From: Eledone cirrhosa
Lineage: Eukaryota
Direction: 5' to 3'
Assembly: GCA_964016885.1 (NCBI GenBank)
Contig: OZ024741.1
Location: 69,378,001-69,442,000, forward strand
DNA: 64,000 bases
This document shows positions 44,028 through 57,217 of this stretch, piece by piece; the first letter of the stretch is position 1, and each line of letters opens with the position of its first letter. Made by a program: the position numbers and the translations under genes. The notes beneath the pieces are model-generated. The model searched no databases. It was not told the origin of the DNA and was given only the letters and a program-made list of their open reading frames with translations.

Positions 44028-44855
44028 GTGCACACACACACATATCAGAATCATACTTTAAGGAAGAAAAATTAAAATTAAAACCAATAAAATGTAATCA
44101 AATTCATTTGATAGCCAACCTTATCTAATATACACTATATCTGTCTCTCTGTTACGTTGATGTTATAGTAAAATTGTTTAAAACTTACTTCTACACCCAC
44201 TTCATTAGCTACAGATTTCTTTAAGCAATACCATCATCTTTTCTCTGTTTGAACATTTGCTGTTTTTTCTTTTCTTTATATTTCATGTTTCTGGTACTAA
44301 CTTTTTACCTCTTCTGGTTTTCCTTCCTGTGTTCATCAGCACTACTACCACAACCACCACCTCCACTATTACCACAACAACAACATTATCACCATCATCA
44401 TCATCACCACTACTAAAACCACCACAACAACAACCACAACTACCACCCCAACCACCAACTCCACAATTACCACAACAGCAACAATATCATCATCACCACC
44501 ACATCCACTTCAACTACACCCACCACCATAACCACTACCACAACAACAACAACAACAACCACGTCCACTACCACTCCAACCATCACCCTTACTTTAGTTT
44601 CCATTGCCTACCATTGCAGTTTTTCTTGGCCACCTTTGCCAACACTACTACCACCATCATAGTTTTTCCTTCACCACCACCATCACTACTACCATTATAA
44701 TTTCTCCTTGCCCACCACCACCACCACTATATTATCGTTTACCCACCAGCACTACAGATCATTTTCGCCACCACCATTACAGATCATTTTCCCCACCACC
44801 ATTACAGATCTCCTTGCCAACCACCACTACCACCGACATTACTATATTATTTTTT

Positions 44856-45039
44856 GGATTGGCAGTATCGGTCGAGCGTCAGACGCCATGCTTTGCAGCA
44901 TAGTTATGGCCCTTTATGGTCTGAGTTCAAATCCCACCAAGATTAACTTTGCCTTTCATCCTTACAGGGTCGATAAAATAAAGTACCAGTAATGCACTGG
45001 AATAAGTTCCTGCCTTGTGCCAAAAGTAGAAACAATTAT
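44856..45039 (+). mobile_element. SINE family A
   Basis: GGATTGGCAGTATCGG...GAGTTCAAATCCC...CCTTTCATCCTTACAGGGTCGATAAAATAAAGTACCAG. Confidence 0.88.
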
Positions 45040-46111
45040 CTTTTACCCACCAAGGCTAGAGATCTCCTTTGCCCATCACCACCAACAGGATTGATTTGCT
45101 CCTCAGGAACCTTGGACTGGTGGCAAAGGAACACCTTTCAAGTGTATTACCCGGAGGCAGCTGAGAAAGTGAGTTACTACATCTGGCACAAAAGAGATGG
45201 AATGGTACACTTGACACATTGAGGTTGATGGCAATGTCTTGCTCAGTCACAACACCAGACTCATCAAATTCTATGCTGGTTTGATTCATGGAGATGGATG
45301 GAGTCATAACATGACTCACCTAATATTTTGCTGTTGTGCAGGAGTTTTGTCATCTACATCAGTGGGTGGCTCTGAGTAGCTCTGGTGTCACAGTGGAAGG
45401 TGTCGAAACACTTACAGAGTTACTTCACCACCTGAGACATCAACTCCTGCTTTCAGAGACGGAGTACAGCAGCACCTTCAACAGAGATCTGTGTTTGCCA
45501 AGCATCATCATCATCATCATCACTGTTTAACATCCATTTTTCCATGCTAACATGAGTTAGATGACCGTGTCTTGCTCATACGGAACCGGTTTTGACTTGG
45601 TTTCTACAGCTGGATGCCCTTCCTAACACCAACCACATTTACAGTGAGTGCTTTTTGTCATGGCGCCATAATCATTTATAAACAAGACAAGAGTTGCAAC
45701 TAGCAGATAGTATCAACAATGGAAAGACAAATGGAAACATTACTTCCTTGATCCAATCTAATGACTGGCTAATTTCCATTTTCCCCATATACATGTGAAT
45801 ATATATATCATTCTGATCCCTGGACATCATTCACTTGCTGAGTGGGGTGGACCTCATCAAATCAGACCAAGGAAACAATGTTTCCATTGGTCTTTACTTT
45901 GCCGATATTATCTACAAGCCGCAACTCCTGGCACAAGGAGCAACGTGAAATAAAGTATCTTGCTCGAAGACATTGAACTCATGACCTCATGATTGTGAAT
46001 CCAACTCTCTAACCACTAAGCTACGCACCTTCATATATTCAACTGTTGATTCAGATCACAAGAGTTAAGTAGTAGTTTTCTTTGCTGATACAGTATTGGG
46101 CTTAAAGTGAG

Positions 46112-46153
<42 letters not shown>

Positions 46154-46177
<24 letters not shown>

Positions 46178-46570
46178 AGTTTATGTTGGTTGTATACCAA
46201 CACCTCAGTATGCAGGCTGGAGCACTCGACGAAGTGCGCAGGTTGGTTTGGTTACTCCGGAGTAGTGTTAAAATAAAGTTAAATAAAAGTCAAATGATTA
46301 AAATTTAGCTTCGTTTATTACTGCTTGTAATTCACTGAGGAACTGGAGTCATATGACTCCAGTTCCTCAGTGAAATAACAACCCAACAAGGAACTGGACA
46401 TATCAGAGTATTGACAATATTATACACCTAAACAACATATGTACTTGTCTATACCATACTAATTCAAACTGCCTGAAGAGGTCACAGCCAAAGATGGCTG
46501 TCACTGAAATATATATAGCAGTAATAAACGAAGCTAAATTTTAATCATTTGACTTTTATTTAACTTTATT
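46154..46570. mobile_element. Fold-back pLTR element with an internal perfect palindrome
   Basis: 46272-46324 is the reverse complement of 46518-46570. A perfect 44-bp palindrome lies at 46331-46374. (TA)n on both sides. Confidence 0.85.
46468..46522 (+). ncRNA. Type I hammerhead ribozyme
   Basis: actgc-CTGAAGA-ggt-c-acagcca-aaga-tggctgt-c-act-GAAA-tatata-TA|gcagt. Confidence 0.9.
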
Positions 46571-47035
46571 ATATATATATATATATATTTCATATTAATT
46601 GTATATATTTTATATAACTGGAACTTTTTTCATCTTTTCAACTTTTTAAATTTCTTTAAAAATTTTATCCTGACTAATGTCAACTGAAGTGCTTTTACAC
46701 CATTTATATTTGATAATTTATCTCTTATATTGATTCCGTCTCTATTTTCGTTTCACTTGGTAATCGGTCATTTCAGTTCACTTCTTGTTTTGACTACTAT
46801 CTCTCTTCCTTCATGTTCTCCCTCAAAGACTCACCACATTCATTTCTGTTATTTGGTCTTGTATTATCGATTACTGCTTCTGGTCTTTGTGTTGTGAACC
46901 AAAGATAAATACTGTGTTTGTCTTCTGTTGTGTTTTGGGGTGCTTATCACACACGTACATGTATACACACACGCACAAATACAAACAGACATATGTATGT
47001 ACATACATACAAACATACATATGTACGTACATACA

Positions 47036-47370
47036 GAGGCACATGGCTTAGTGGTTAGAGCATTGGCCTTGCAATCGAAAGGTTGTGAGTTCAATTCTCA
47101 GACCGGGTGATGTGTTGTTTCCTTGAGCAAGACACTTTATTTCATATTGCTCCAGTTTACTCAGCTGTAGAAATGAGATGATAGGACTGGGGTCCCTATC
47201 ATTCCACTGCAAAGTGGTTGTGGAGGTGCTATGGCAAAAAAGCACCCAGCACTCACTGTAAATGAGGTTGGTGTTAGGAAGGGCATCCAGCTGTAGAAAT
47301 CAAGCCAGAATCAGTTCCCATCCCACCCTTGCAAGCAGGGAAAAGCGGACATAAAAATGATGATGATGAT
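47036..47370 (+). mobile_element. SINE family B
   Basis: Nearly identical to the 22571 and 49251 copies; (GAT)n tail. Confidence 0.92.
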
Positions 47371-47440
47371 ATATAGATACATATGTATGTGCGTATATAT
47401 ATACAAACATATATATGTGCGTACATACATATTTACCTGC

Positions 47441-47479
<39 letters not shown>

Positions 47480-48453
47480 CATAACGGCGCTGAATTAGTT
47501 TTGCGAGGTTTTTAATATGTATATTGTATCTGTATTTTTTACCGTTGGACATTCAATGGTAACATTGAGGACCGAATAAATTAAATTAACTGATATAAAA
47601 GACACAGAAGCGAAAACCAACCAAACAGTGAGTGTGTTCTGTTATTAATTCTGGCAATATTATTACACAAATATGACCCTCCCCAAGTATAACTATATAC
47701 ATACATATGTACATACATTCAAAAATACACACATACACACTTACATGCATACATACGTACATACATTTACAAAAATAGACACATCAAAATTTATAGATAC
47801 AGACATGTTGGACCTCCATCAGTTTTGATGATGTGATGAGTAAGTTGTTGAAACAATGGAACAGTCTGCTACTGAAGTTAACAGGTAGCAGCTTTGCATT
47901 CCACAGACATGTGTACCCTTAATATAGTTCCCAGGGAGATTCAGCATGACACACTGTGTGACAAGGCTAACACTTTGAACTCATTTTTGCCAGCTGAGTG
48001 GACTGGAACAACTTAAAATAAAGTGTCTTGCTCAAGGTCACAATTGAACTTACAATCTTACAATCATGAGCTACACGCCCTAACCACTAAGCCATGCACC
48101 TTCACACATACATACATATGCACAAACATACATACACACATGCATACTTTTTCTTTATTTCATTTTAGTGGTTTCAGTTGTTGGACTCTGGCCATATTGG
48201 AGCATTGCCACAGTCCCACTCCTCCCCAGTTTGTTGTAGTTTTATGACTGCAAGTTAGTCTAAAAGTCAATTGTGAGCATGTCAGAGGTCAGATTAGTTG
48301 AAAACACATGAAGAAAAATAGAAAAAAAATTTTTTTTTTTTTCTTAGAAATCCCCAATGGGTGCTTTTCTATAAATTAACTATTTATACATACACACTGC
48401 ATATGGTGTATAATTAATTTTATGTTACCTCTATAATATGTGTGTGTGTGTGT

Positions 48454-48732
48454 AGAAATCTGTAGATGAAAGATCAAGGAAAACAGTGCTCAATTTGTTG
48501 CAAGTGAGCTTATGTAGTATATACAAAGTTTCATACGTTTAACATGTATGTGCTACCATTGATTTTAGGGTCCAGTTATGGCCACCACTGTATATTGGAG
48601 AAGGTACTTTTATACATCTGTCCACGTGCCTGAGGAAGGGCCAGTTTAAAAGGGCTTCCTCCAATATACAGTGTTGGCCGTAACTGGACCCTGAAACCAA
48701 TGGTGACACATGTTAAGTGTATGAAACTTTGC
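48454..48732. mobile_element. Older fold-back pLTR element with a degenerate hammerhead (48624-48711, +)
   Basis: Imperfect arms ~48524-48613 and 48645-48732. acgtgc-CTGAGGA-aggg-ccagtt...aactgg-a-ccct-GAAA-ccaatgg-TG; the other arm retains GTA|gcaca. Confidence 0.7.
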
Positions 48733-48794
48733 TTATATTATCATCATCATCATCATCATCTTACGTCCACCTTTTTCCCTGCTTGCAAGGGTGG

Positions 48795-48833
<39 letters not shown>

Positions 48834-48936
48834 AGTATTGAAATTTCCGTTGGAAACAGAAAAGGTCATAGAAGTGAAGAGTGCTCTATGTAAGTATCAG
48901 AGCAAAATTTAATGTATAAAAATCAATACAATATAA

Positions 48937-49012
48937 TTACCTCATTACCAGAGGTTTCCCGAATGAGGCGAATACGAAAGAAACGTCTTCATTCGTTCGT
49001 CAAACGAGGCAA
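48937..49012 (-). ncRNA. Hammerhead ribozyme (C3>U) in a TA-flanked island 48830-49012
   Basis: Minus strand ttgcctcgt-TTGACGA-a-cgaatga...tcattcg-g-GAAA-cctctgg-TA|atgaggtaa. Stem I is 9 bp with 2 G-U pairs. Confidence 0.72.
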
Positions 49013-49031
49013 TATATATATATATATATAT

Positions 49032-49146
49032 ATATTCAATGATATTAAATAAATGGAAACTATATTTATAAAACCATATTTATTATATTATATATATTTC
49101 AAGGGTACCTGGTTATTTTATTTAATATCATTGAATATCCCTTTTG

Positions 49147-49150
<4 letters not shown>
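49032..49150. mobile_element. Short fold-back copy of the 18078/55164 ribozyme family
   Basis: 22-bp arms 49032-49053 and 49117-49138. The interior carries only the GAAA-TATATATA half. The terminus CCCTTTTGCTTA is also present, inverted, at about 41677-41700. Confidence 0.7.
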
Positions 49151-49192
<42 letters not shown>

Positions 49193-49250
49193 AAACTACA
49201 TTTACACTGTGTATTGGGTGCTTTTTATCATAGCACCAAAATGACCAATA

Positions 49251-49584
49251 GAAGCACATGGCTTAGTGATTAGAGCATTGGGCTTGCAATCGAAAGGTTG
49301 TGAGTTCAATTCTCAGACCGGGTGATGTGTTGTTTCCTTGAGCAAGACACTTTATTTCACATTGCTCCAGTTTACACAGCTGTAGAAATGAGATGATAGG
49401 GACTGGGATCCCTATCATTCCACTGCAAAGTGGTCGTGTAGGTGCCACGGAAAAAAAGCACCCAGCACTCACTGTAAATGAGGTTGGTGTTAGGAAGGGC
49501 ATCCAGCTGTAAAAATCAAGCCAGAATCAGTTCCCGCCCCACCCTTGCAAGCAGGGAAAAGCGGACGTAAAATGATGATGATGA
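49251..49584 (+). mobile_element. SINE family B
   Basis: Same structure as the 47036 copy. Confidence 0.92.
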
Positions 49585-49897
49585 TAGGAGTGAAAGTGAG
49601 TAAAATTGAATTTGCAGTGGTTGGTCAGTATCCTTGAAAAAACAATATTCGGAAGCTTTGCATGAAGCACTCAATAAGAACATATTGATAAGTTACATCT
49701 CAGAGTAATAAACATACGTTAAAGGTGTGACAAATTGAAAACTGTGGTTAAGGGGACAAAGCCACAGAAGCCACCTCAACAACGAAAATACAAGCAGGTT
49801 CTTCCTGCTATATCAAACATTAACCTAATATATCCCTTCCATATACTGTACCGATTGTGTTGTTATTTCTGTTTACCTTTTACATACATACATACAT

Positions 49898-49956
<59 letters not shown>

Positions 49957-51399
49957 CACCACTGTATAACTAATTGAATTTGTAGTTGCTCATCCTTCTT
50001 ATCCTTCTTGAATATATCCTTGATTAGTTGGCTGGTCATGTATTTTAGTTAGGAATCCCTCCAATCTTTTCTTTAATCCTTCACTAGAGTTCCCTTTTAT
50101 GTGTATGATTACTTTAGATAGGCAGCTGAACACTTGAGGACCTCTAAATATTCGACTGCTGCAATTGAGTGTTTTGGTTCACTATTTCAAAGGTGATATA
50201 TGTGGAAGATGTCAGTGTCTAACAGTTCATCATCATCACCTTTTAATGTCCATTTTTCTATGCTAGCATGGGTTAGACAAGTTGTCTCATTGTGAGACAA
50301 GCCAGGCCAGATGACCATGTCTTGCTAATACAGAACTGTTTCTGGCTTGGTTTCTATGGCTAGATACCCATCTTAACAGCAACTACATTTACACTGTGTA
50401 TTGGGTGCTTTTTATCATAGCACCGAAACGACCACTTTACAATGTGGTCTAGCTTTTTGTGGTGTTATGAACATGGCCACTTTACAGTATGGACTGGGTG
50501 CTTTTTGTGATATTACGAACATGACCACTTTATAGTTTGGACTGGTGCTTTTTGTGGTGACACCAACACGATCAGCTGAAAAGTTCATAAGCTGACTATG
50601 AAGGAGTGATGTTAGAGTTGTGAAACCTTGCATGCATTACTTTCAAATCTTCTTATTAATAATTGCATTGTTTCTTTCCAGAGACTATGTTGGAAAATAA
50701 ACCTCATTTGGTCATTCTATGAGAGTATCTAGGTCAGCCTATGAAATTTTCAGCCGACCCACATATATATAATCATTATCATTTATTTTCCATGCTAGCA
50801 AGGGTTATATATATATATATATATATACATGATTTTGTATTATATTTTAGTATTTATTATATCCTTTGTATGTATAAACGCATTAATTTATACTCGTAGA
50901 AGCATGCTGTACTCTTATGTGACAATTCCATAGAAATGCCAGATACATATATACTGATTCACATCCACATGCATACATATACATGCACACATACATGCAC
51001 ACATACATACACAAATACACATGCATACACAAATATACATACACATATACATGCATATACATACATACACATATACACATTCACATACACATACATATAC
51101 ATACACATTCACATATTCATATACATACAAATACATGTACATACACATACACATACATGCAGACATTTATATATGAGATATTGATCTCCATTGCCAGTTT
51201 GCAAGCATGTTCAATAATAATCATTGTTATTTCCTTACATGCAATTGAAATCCATTGAAATCCATTGAAAAATCTTGCTTCTTTCCTCCAAATGTAAGTT
51301 GACACTTGCCACCCTCAATAACATCACAGCATGCTATGTGATATATAGAAACGTTTCACTGTTAATGTTTTCCATTAACAGTTTCTCATTTGTCTATCT

Positions 51400-51574
51400 C
51401 TACTTCCTCTCTCTCTCTTAAAACTCCTTTCTCTCTCTTAAACTCCTTCCTATCTCTCTTAAAACTCGTTTCGCACTCTTAAACTCCTTCCTCTCTCTCT
51501 CTTAAACTCCTTCCTATCTCTCTTAAACTCCTTCCTTTCTCTCTCTTAAACTCATTCCCCTCTCTCTTAAAACT

Positions 51575-51626
<52 letters not shown>

Positions 51627-52160
51627 TCTTTCCTCTCTCTCTCTCTCTTAAACTCCTTCCTCTCTCTCTCTTAAACTCCTTCCTCTCTCTCTCTTAAACT
51701 CCTTCCTATCTCACTCTTAAACTCCTTCCTATCTCACTCTTAAACTCCTTCCTATCTCTCTCTTAAACTCCTTCCTTTCTCTCTCTTAAACTCATTCCCC
51801 TCTCTCTTAAAACTCCTTCCTATCTCTCTCTCTCTCTCTCTTAAAACTCCTTCCTCTCTCTCTCTCTCTTAAACTCCTTCCTCTCTCTTAAACTCCTTCC
51901 TCTCTCTTAAACTCCTTCCTCTCTCTTAAACTCCTTCCTATCTCTCTTAAACTCCTTCCTCTCTCTCTCTTAAACTCCTTCCTCTCTCTTAAACTCCTTC
52001 CTCTCTCTCTCTCTCTTAAACTCCTTCCTATCTCTCTCTTAAACTCCTTCCTTTCTCTCTCTTAAACTCATTCCCCTCTCTCTTAAAACTCCTTTCTCTC
52101 TCCCTCTCTCTTTCTTAAACTCCTTCCTCCTCCCTCTCTCTAACTTTCTCTTGTAATTCC

Positions 52161-52195
<35 letters not shown>
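51400..52195. repeat. Minisatellite TTAAACTCCTTCC(TC)n
   Basis: Many variable-length units. Confidence 0.92.
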
Positions 52196-52200
<5 letters not shown>

Positions 52201-53029
52201 CACTTTCCCTCTTTACCCCTCATCGCCTCACTTATCTCTCTCCCTCCTCTCCCTCTTTATAACCCCCCCCCCTCTCATACAGTTGATGTTACAAAACAGA
52301 GCTGAGAGATGACATGCATTCTTCAATATTGACTGGCCCTAAATGTATTTTTCTAAGTCACAGCTGGGCAATATTGATAGAGATGACACTTCAATGGTTC
52401 ATAACCTGTCACTGAAAAGTGGACTGTATTTATGACAGAGGCACTTAACTCTCACCCAGAGTCTCCCTCCCACACTCACACATATTACAGTTTATATTGT
52501 TGAAGATAGGTAACATCATGTGGTGCAGCTTTCTATTATCAACAAGAGCACTCTAACCATAGAGAAGTCTTACCTTATATTTAAACAAATAAAAATTCTC
52601 CCCTTTCCTTATTTCATATATTCTGTCATTTTTCCTCTATTTCTTCTCTTTTCTTCTCTTCTGTCTTTCAATTCTTTTCTTCTTTGTTTATCTATCTATC
52701 TTTCTTTCTTTTTTATCCATATATAGAAAGATGTGAATACATTACGCACAGGTGTATGTATGTAAAAACACATTTATCTATCTATCTCTCTCTCTCTCTC
52801 TATCCATCTCTATACACACACACACATATATATACACACACACACATATATATACATACATACACACATGTACATATATGTGTGTAGTTTACGCGACTTA
52901 TTCAACTATTATTTATAGGTGATCTGCATTGTGGTGGCTTTCATGAATCAAAATGTATTTTCAAACTTCCTCAATACTTCGTAAACTAAAAACAATGTTA
53001 TTTACATTTCTAGCTTAACATTTAAAAGC

Positions 53030-53241
53030 TCTTTTTGCTTTACATTACTCTATATTTACTGTTGTATTTTCACGGTAAAGGCTTTACCTCACATGATTAT
53101 ATCATAATATTGAAGCTACAAGATATTGATTACTTTGAGAACAATACCTCAACATAGGTATGAGTGGCTGATTACGGCTGGTTTAAACAGAAAGAGGTGA
53201 GAGAATTCTGGCTGGATATGGCCGGCTTAAATGCTAAAGAG
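53030..53241 (+). mobile_element. piggyBac-like MITE family 1 (degenerate left end)
   Basis: Homologous to 4956-5159; right end TAAATGCTAAAGAG-TTAA. Confidence 0.75.
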
Positions 53242-53833
53242 TTAAAGGTCTTCCACTTCTATTATTCATTTAATTTACTCACACTGCTAAATGTCATTAG
53301 GAAGGGAATCTAGCTGTAGAAACTAAGCCCCCCAAAATGGAATATACAAGCAGGATCTGGTTGATCACCTGGCTTGTTTAGCTTCAGAGCATGGGAAATA
53401 TATGTTAAATGGTTGTGGTGGTTGTGATGGTAGTGGTAGTTGTTGTGATGATGGTGGTGGTGGTGGTGGTTGTGATGATGATGATGGTAGTAGTAGTGGT
53501 GATGATGATGGTAGTAGTAGTGGTGGTGATGATGATGATGGTGGTGGTGGTGATGGTGATGATGGTGGCGATGGTGGTCGTGGTTGTGATGATGGTTGTG
53601 GTGGTAGTAGTGGTGATGATGTTGGTGATGATGATGGTTGTGGTGGTGATGATGATGGTTGTGGTAGTGGTGGTAATGGTGGTGGAAGCAGCTGTGACTG
53701 AACATCACACAGTTTCTCTACCTTTCTTTCTCTCTCAGTGACTCTTGTATCATGTATTTTCCCTTTTCCTGTTGTTTGTCTTTCCAAAATTTCTTCATTG
53801 ACTTATATTTTTCCTTGTATATTATTTCCCCAG

Positions 53834-53994
53834 GTGGCCCACCACCAGAAACATCTAAATACCTCTATCAGTTTGAGTTCAATCGACTTCTACTGGACAG
53901 CATACCAAAACCGTACCAAATAGTCCATCCACAACAACTCCGTCACAACAATGTGGTTAGCATTAACACACGCCAGCACCGAGTCAGGCATCAT
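53834..53994 (+). CDS. Internal coding exon, probably the prodomain of an ADAM-family metalloprotease (ADAM11/22/23, mind-meld or unc-71-like)
   Basis: Pyrimidine-rich acceptor ttatttccccAG, donor CAT|gtaagt, 161 bp, phase 1 to phase 0, open frame. The peptide GPPPETSKYLYQFEFNRLLLDSIPKPYQIVHPQQLRHNNVVSINTRQHRVRHH has a YQIxxPxQLRH..I.TR motif that I recall from ADAM prodomains. Confidence 0.75.
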
Positions 53995-54041
53995 GTAAGT
54001 ACTTTGTTTTCTCTCTTATTCCCATCAATTTCAGCTTTTAA

Positions 54042-54623
54042 CCCTTTTGATACCAAACCATCTGAAACTGCCCTCATTTTATGAGACAAAACAGACCATC
54101 TTAAAAGATGGTCTGTAAAAGGTAAAGACCCCTTTCAGTCATGAATGACCATGGTATTTGCACCTAGAAAGTTCCCCTCCAAGACACAAGTCTAGGCAAA
54201 GTTATTTATAGAAGACCAGCAGTCGCCCATTCATACCAGTCTCCCCTCTCCACACCACCAATGTTGTCCAAGGGAAAGCTAATACAAATATAAACTAACT
54301 TCACTATTTTATATCTGAGAAATGGGCAAAAATCCAAACCTTATTTACATAGAATTTGAAGTTCGTCAAAATATTGACCCTAGATAGAAACCAACACCCT
54401 TTCTACTATTGATTTTTGGGGTCACATATTTGAATGTATACTGTATATTTAAACTCCACTGTAATTGTATTTAAAAGGTGTTTGTTAAATAATGTTCCAA
54501 ACATCTATCAGCTCATTAATGATAAAGTTAATTATTTTATTAAGTTCTTCCAAAGTCCTCATTATTCTCAAAATAAATCGATACATGTAAGCAATGCATT
54601 TCATCAGAAATATAACAAAGGGG
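54042..54623 (+). mobile_element. piggyBac-like MITE family 2 with a nested SINE-tail fragment (54119-54280, -)
   Basis: TTAA-CCCTTTTGATACC...AAAGGGG-TTAA. The nested piece ends TCTTTACCTTT on the minus strand. Confidence 0.6.
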
Positions 54624-54658
54624 TTAATGTCAAAAACACACCTGTACAAAAAATTACT

Positions 54659-55039
<381 letters not shown>

Positions 55040-55163
55040 GTTCTATTTAAATTGTTGGGATACAACAAGCAAATATTTTTATAACTGATATAAAGCACTC
55101 AACAAATAATTGGAGTAAAAATACGATAATAACAAATGGAAACTATATTTATAAAACCATATT

Positions 55164-55228
55164 TATTTCATTATACATATTTCAAGGACACCAAGTTAAA
55201 TGATGGTGTGCTTTCATCAGATAAAATA
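55164..55228 (-). ncRNA. Type I hammerhead ribozyme (family of 18078)
   Basis: Minus strand tattttat-CTGATGA-aag-c-acacca...tggtgt-c-ctt-GAAA-tatgta-TA|atgaaata. Confidence 0.82.
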
Positions 55229-55829
55229 TAATATAGAGCAGTTTTATAAATAAATATTGACATGCCCTTAAAGAATGCTGCTCAAATGCAGAAATGCTAT
55301 AAAGATAGCTTAAAAAATGCAGTTGCTATTGGCCGCGATGAGATATAATCTCAGCACTTAAAAAATTGAAAATTTGGCTTTGTACATTGTTTACTCTAAT
55401 ATATACATACAAACAGGAAAGCCTTTACATGTTTGCATACCTTACATGATATAGTAGCCAAGTTTCCCTCAAATTGCACCTTCACGACTATAAATAAATA
55501 AATAAAGGATGCAGTGGATAATGTAGCCCAAGGAGCCCCTAAATTGTGGAGATGATTGTAGTTGGAATATCTTTCATGTCAGCTCAATCAGAAGTAACCT
55601 GGAGCTACACAACAGCACTTGAAATATATTGCTAAATATATCAATATCTAGATTCATGTTTAGAAATAATCAATTCTTCTATAGTTATCATCATTTAATG
55701 TCCACTCTCCCCACTAGCAAGTGTTGGGCAGGTTTACATAGACAAAGTCAGTACTGAAGCAAGGCTACTGACCTCCCAGATAGGCCTGGGGATGGGGGAC
55801 CTTGCTTATGTACAGTCTCATGTTCTACT

Positions 55830-56280
55830 GAGTGCATAGGAGAGGTTGTCATGTCCTTGATATAACTGAAATCTTTTGCTTGGATGCCCTTCCTATCACG
55901 AACCACTTTACAGCGTGTGCTGTGTACATTTAGCGTGTAGATCACCAACACTAGAGAGGTTCTCATGTCCTTGATATAACTGAAGAGTCCTCCCAACCCT
56001 TTATTTTGCAAGCTTTCTATAGCTGGATGCTCTTCCTATCACCAACCACTTTTACAGCATCTACTGAGTGCATTTATTGTGTAGATAACCAACGCTAGAG
56101 AGGTTGTCATGCTGTGACATAACTGAAGGGTCCTCTCAATCCTTTTTCTTTCTTTATAGGCATGGTTTCTACAGAATTCCCTTCCTGTCACCAACCACTT
56201 TACAGGGTGTACCATGTATTACGTGACACCAACCTTAGAGAGGTTATTGTCCTTGTCCCAACAGAAGAGCCCTCTCTGCT
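55830..56280. repeat. Tandem ~120-145-bp units derived from the SINE/RTE tail
   Basis: Repeated AGAGGTTGTCATGTCCTTGATATAACTGAA...GGATGCCCTTCCTATCAC.AACCACTTTACAG. Confidence 0.7.
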
Positions 56281-57012
56281 CTGTTGGTGGTGGTGGTGGG
56301 GGGGGGGGGTGATAAGTTATGGCAAGTGTGGTGTGATTTGACAAGGTGATGAGTGGGGTAGGGGATGGAGTGGTGAGAACACTGAAGTGGTGGAGGTGTG
56401 AGGGTGCAGATGGTTTGGTTATTAACGCTGGGATGAGGGAGGCACTCACCAGTACCTGGAAGGCGAGGTGTAGTGATGGAAAGAATAGCTAAGGAGTACT
56501 AGTGGAAGGGGCATGGGTCGGATGTATAGTTGTGAAGAGAGTAACTACTTTGGTTTGATAGTGAGGGAATTTAAGGGCTTTGAAGGGGCAGCAGCTAAGG
56601 GGCATGAATGGAGTAGGGCTGTGTAGTGATGGTGAGGATAGCTGCTAGGGAGTGGTAGTGGAAGTGGGGACATGGAAATTAGTCAGATCACACTGTATGT
56701 TGTTGGTTGAGTCATTACCTGCACAACATGGCACCAGCCCTCACAGTCCTTCCTCATTTATGTTTTGAGGTTTAGTTTTTTAAGTCAGTCATCACAACAT
56801 CATCTCATGTCCTCCTGGGTCTGCCGTCTTCCATACACATCACATGTCCAAGTTTTTCCCTCAGTTTTCTTATGCTATGTTGTTCATGTACACTAACATT
56901 ACACATCTACCTGAGCATACTTGATATAGTTTTCCTCATTTCCTGCCAAATTTATATCAGAATAACATCCAAGTTATTGTACAGTGAAACTAAATATATT
57001 TTCAACATTGAA

Positions 57013-57217
57013 CTGTTTAGCATTTAAACCGACCATATCCGGCCAGAATTCTCTCACCTCTTTCTGTTCAAATCAGCCGTAACTAGCTTCTTATACCAAT
57101 GTTAAGGTATTCTTCTCAAAATAAATATCAAAATCTCATAGATTCGATATTATGTGAAACAAAGTGTTTACTGTGAAAATACAATAGTAAGTATAGAGTA
57201 ATGTAAATACTAAAGGG
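57013..57217 (-). mobile_element. piggyBac-like MITE family 1
   Basis: Reverse-complement homology to 4956-5159. Confidence 0.78.

Noticed and set aside
45040-45500. GC-richer unique segment with short ORFs
   Set aside because: No recognisable domain or splice pattern; probably an old TE fragment. BLASTX would decide.
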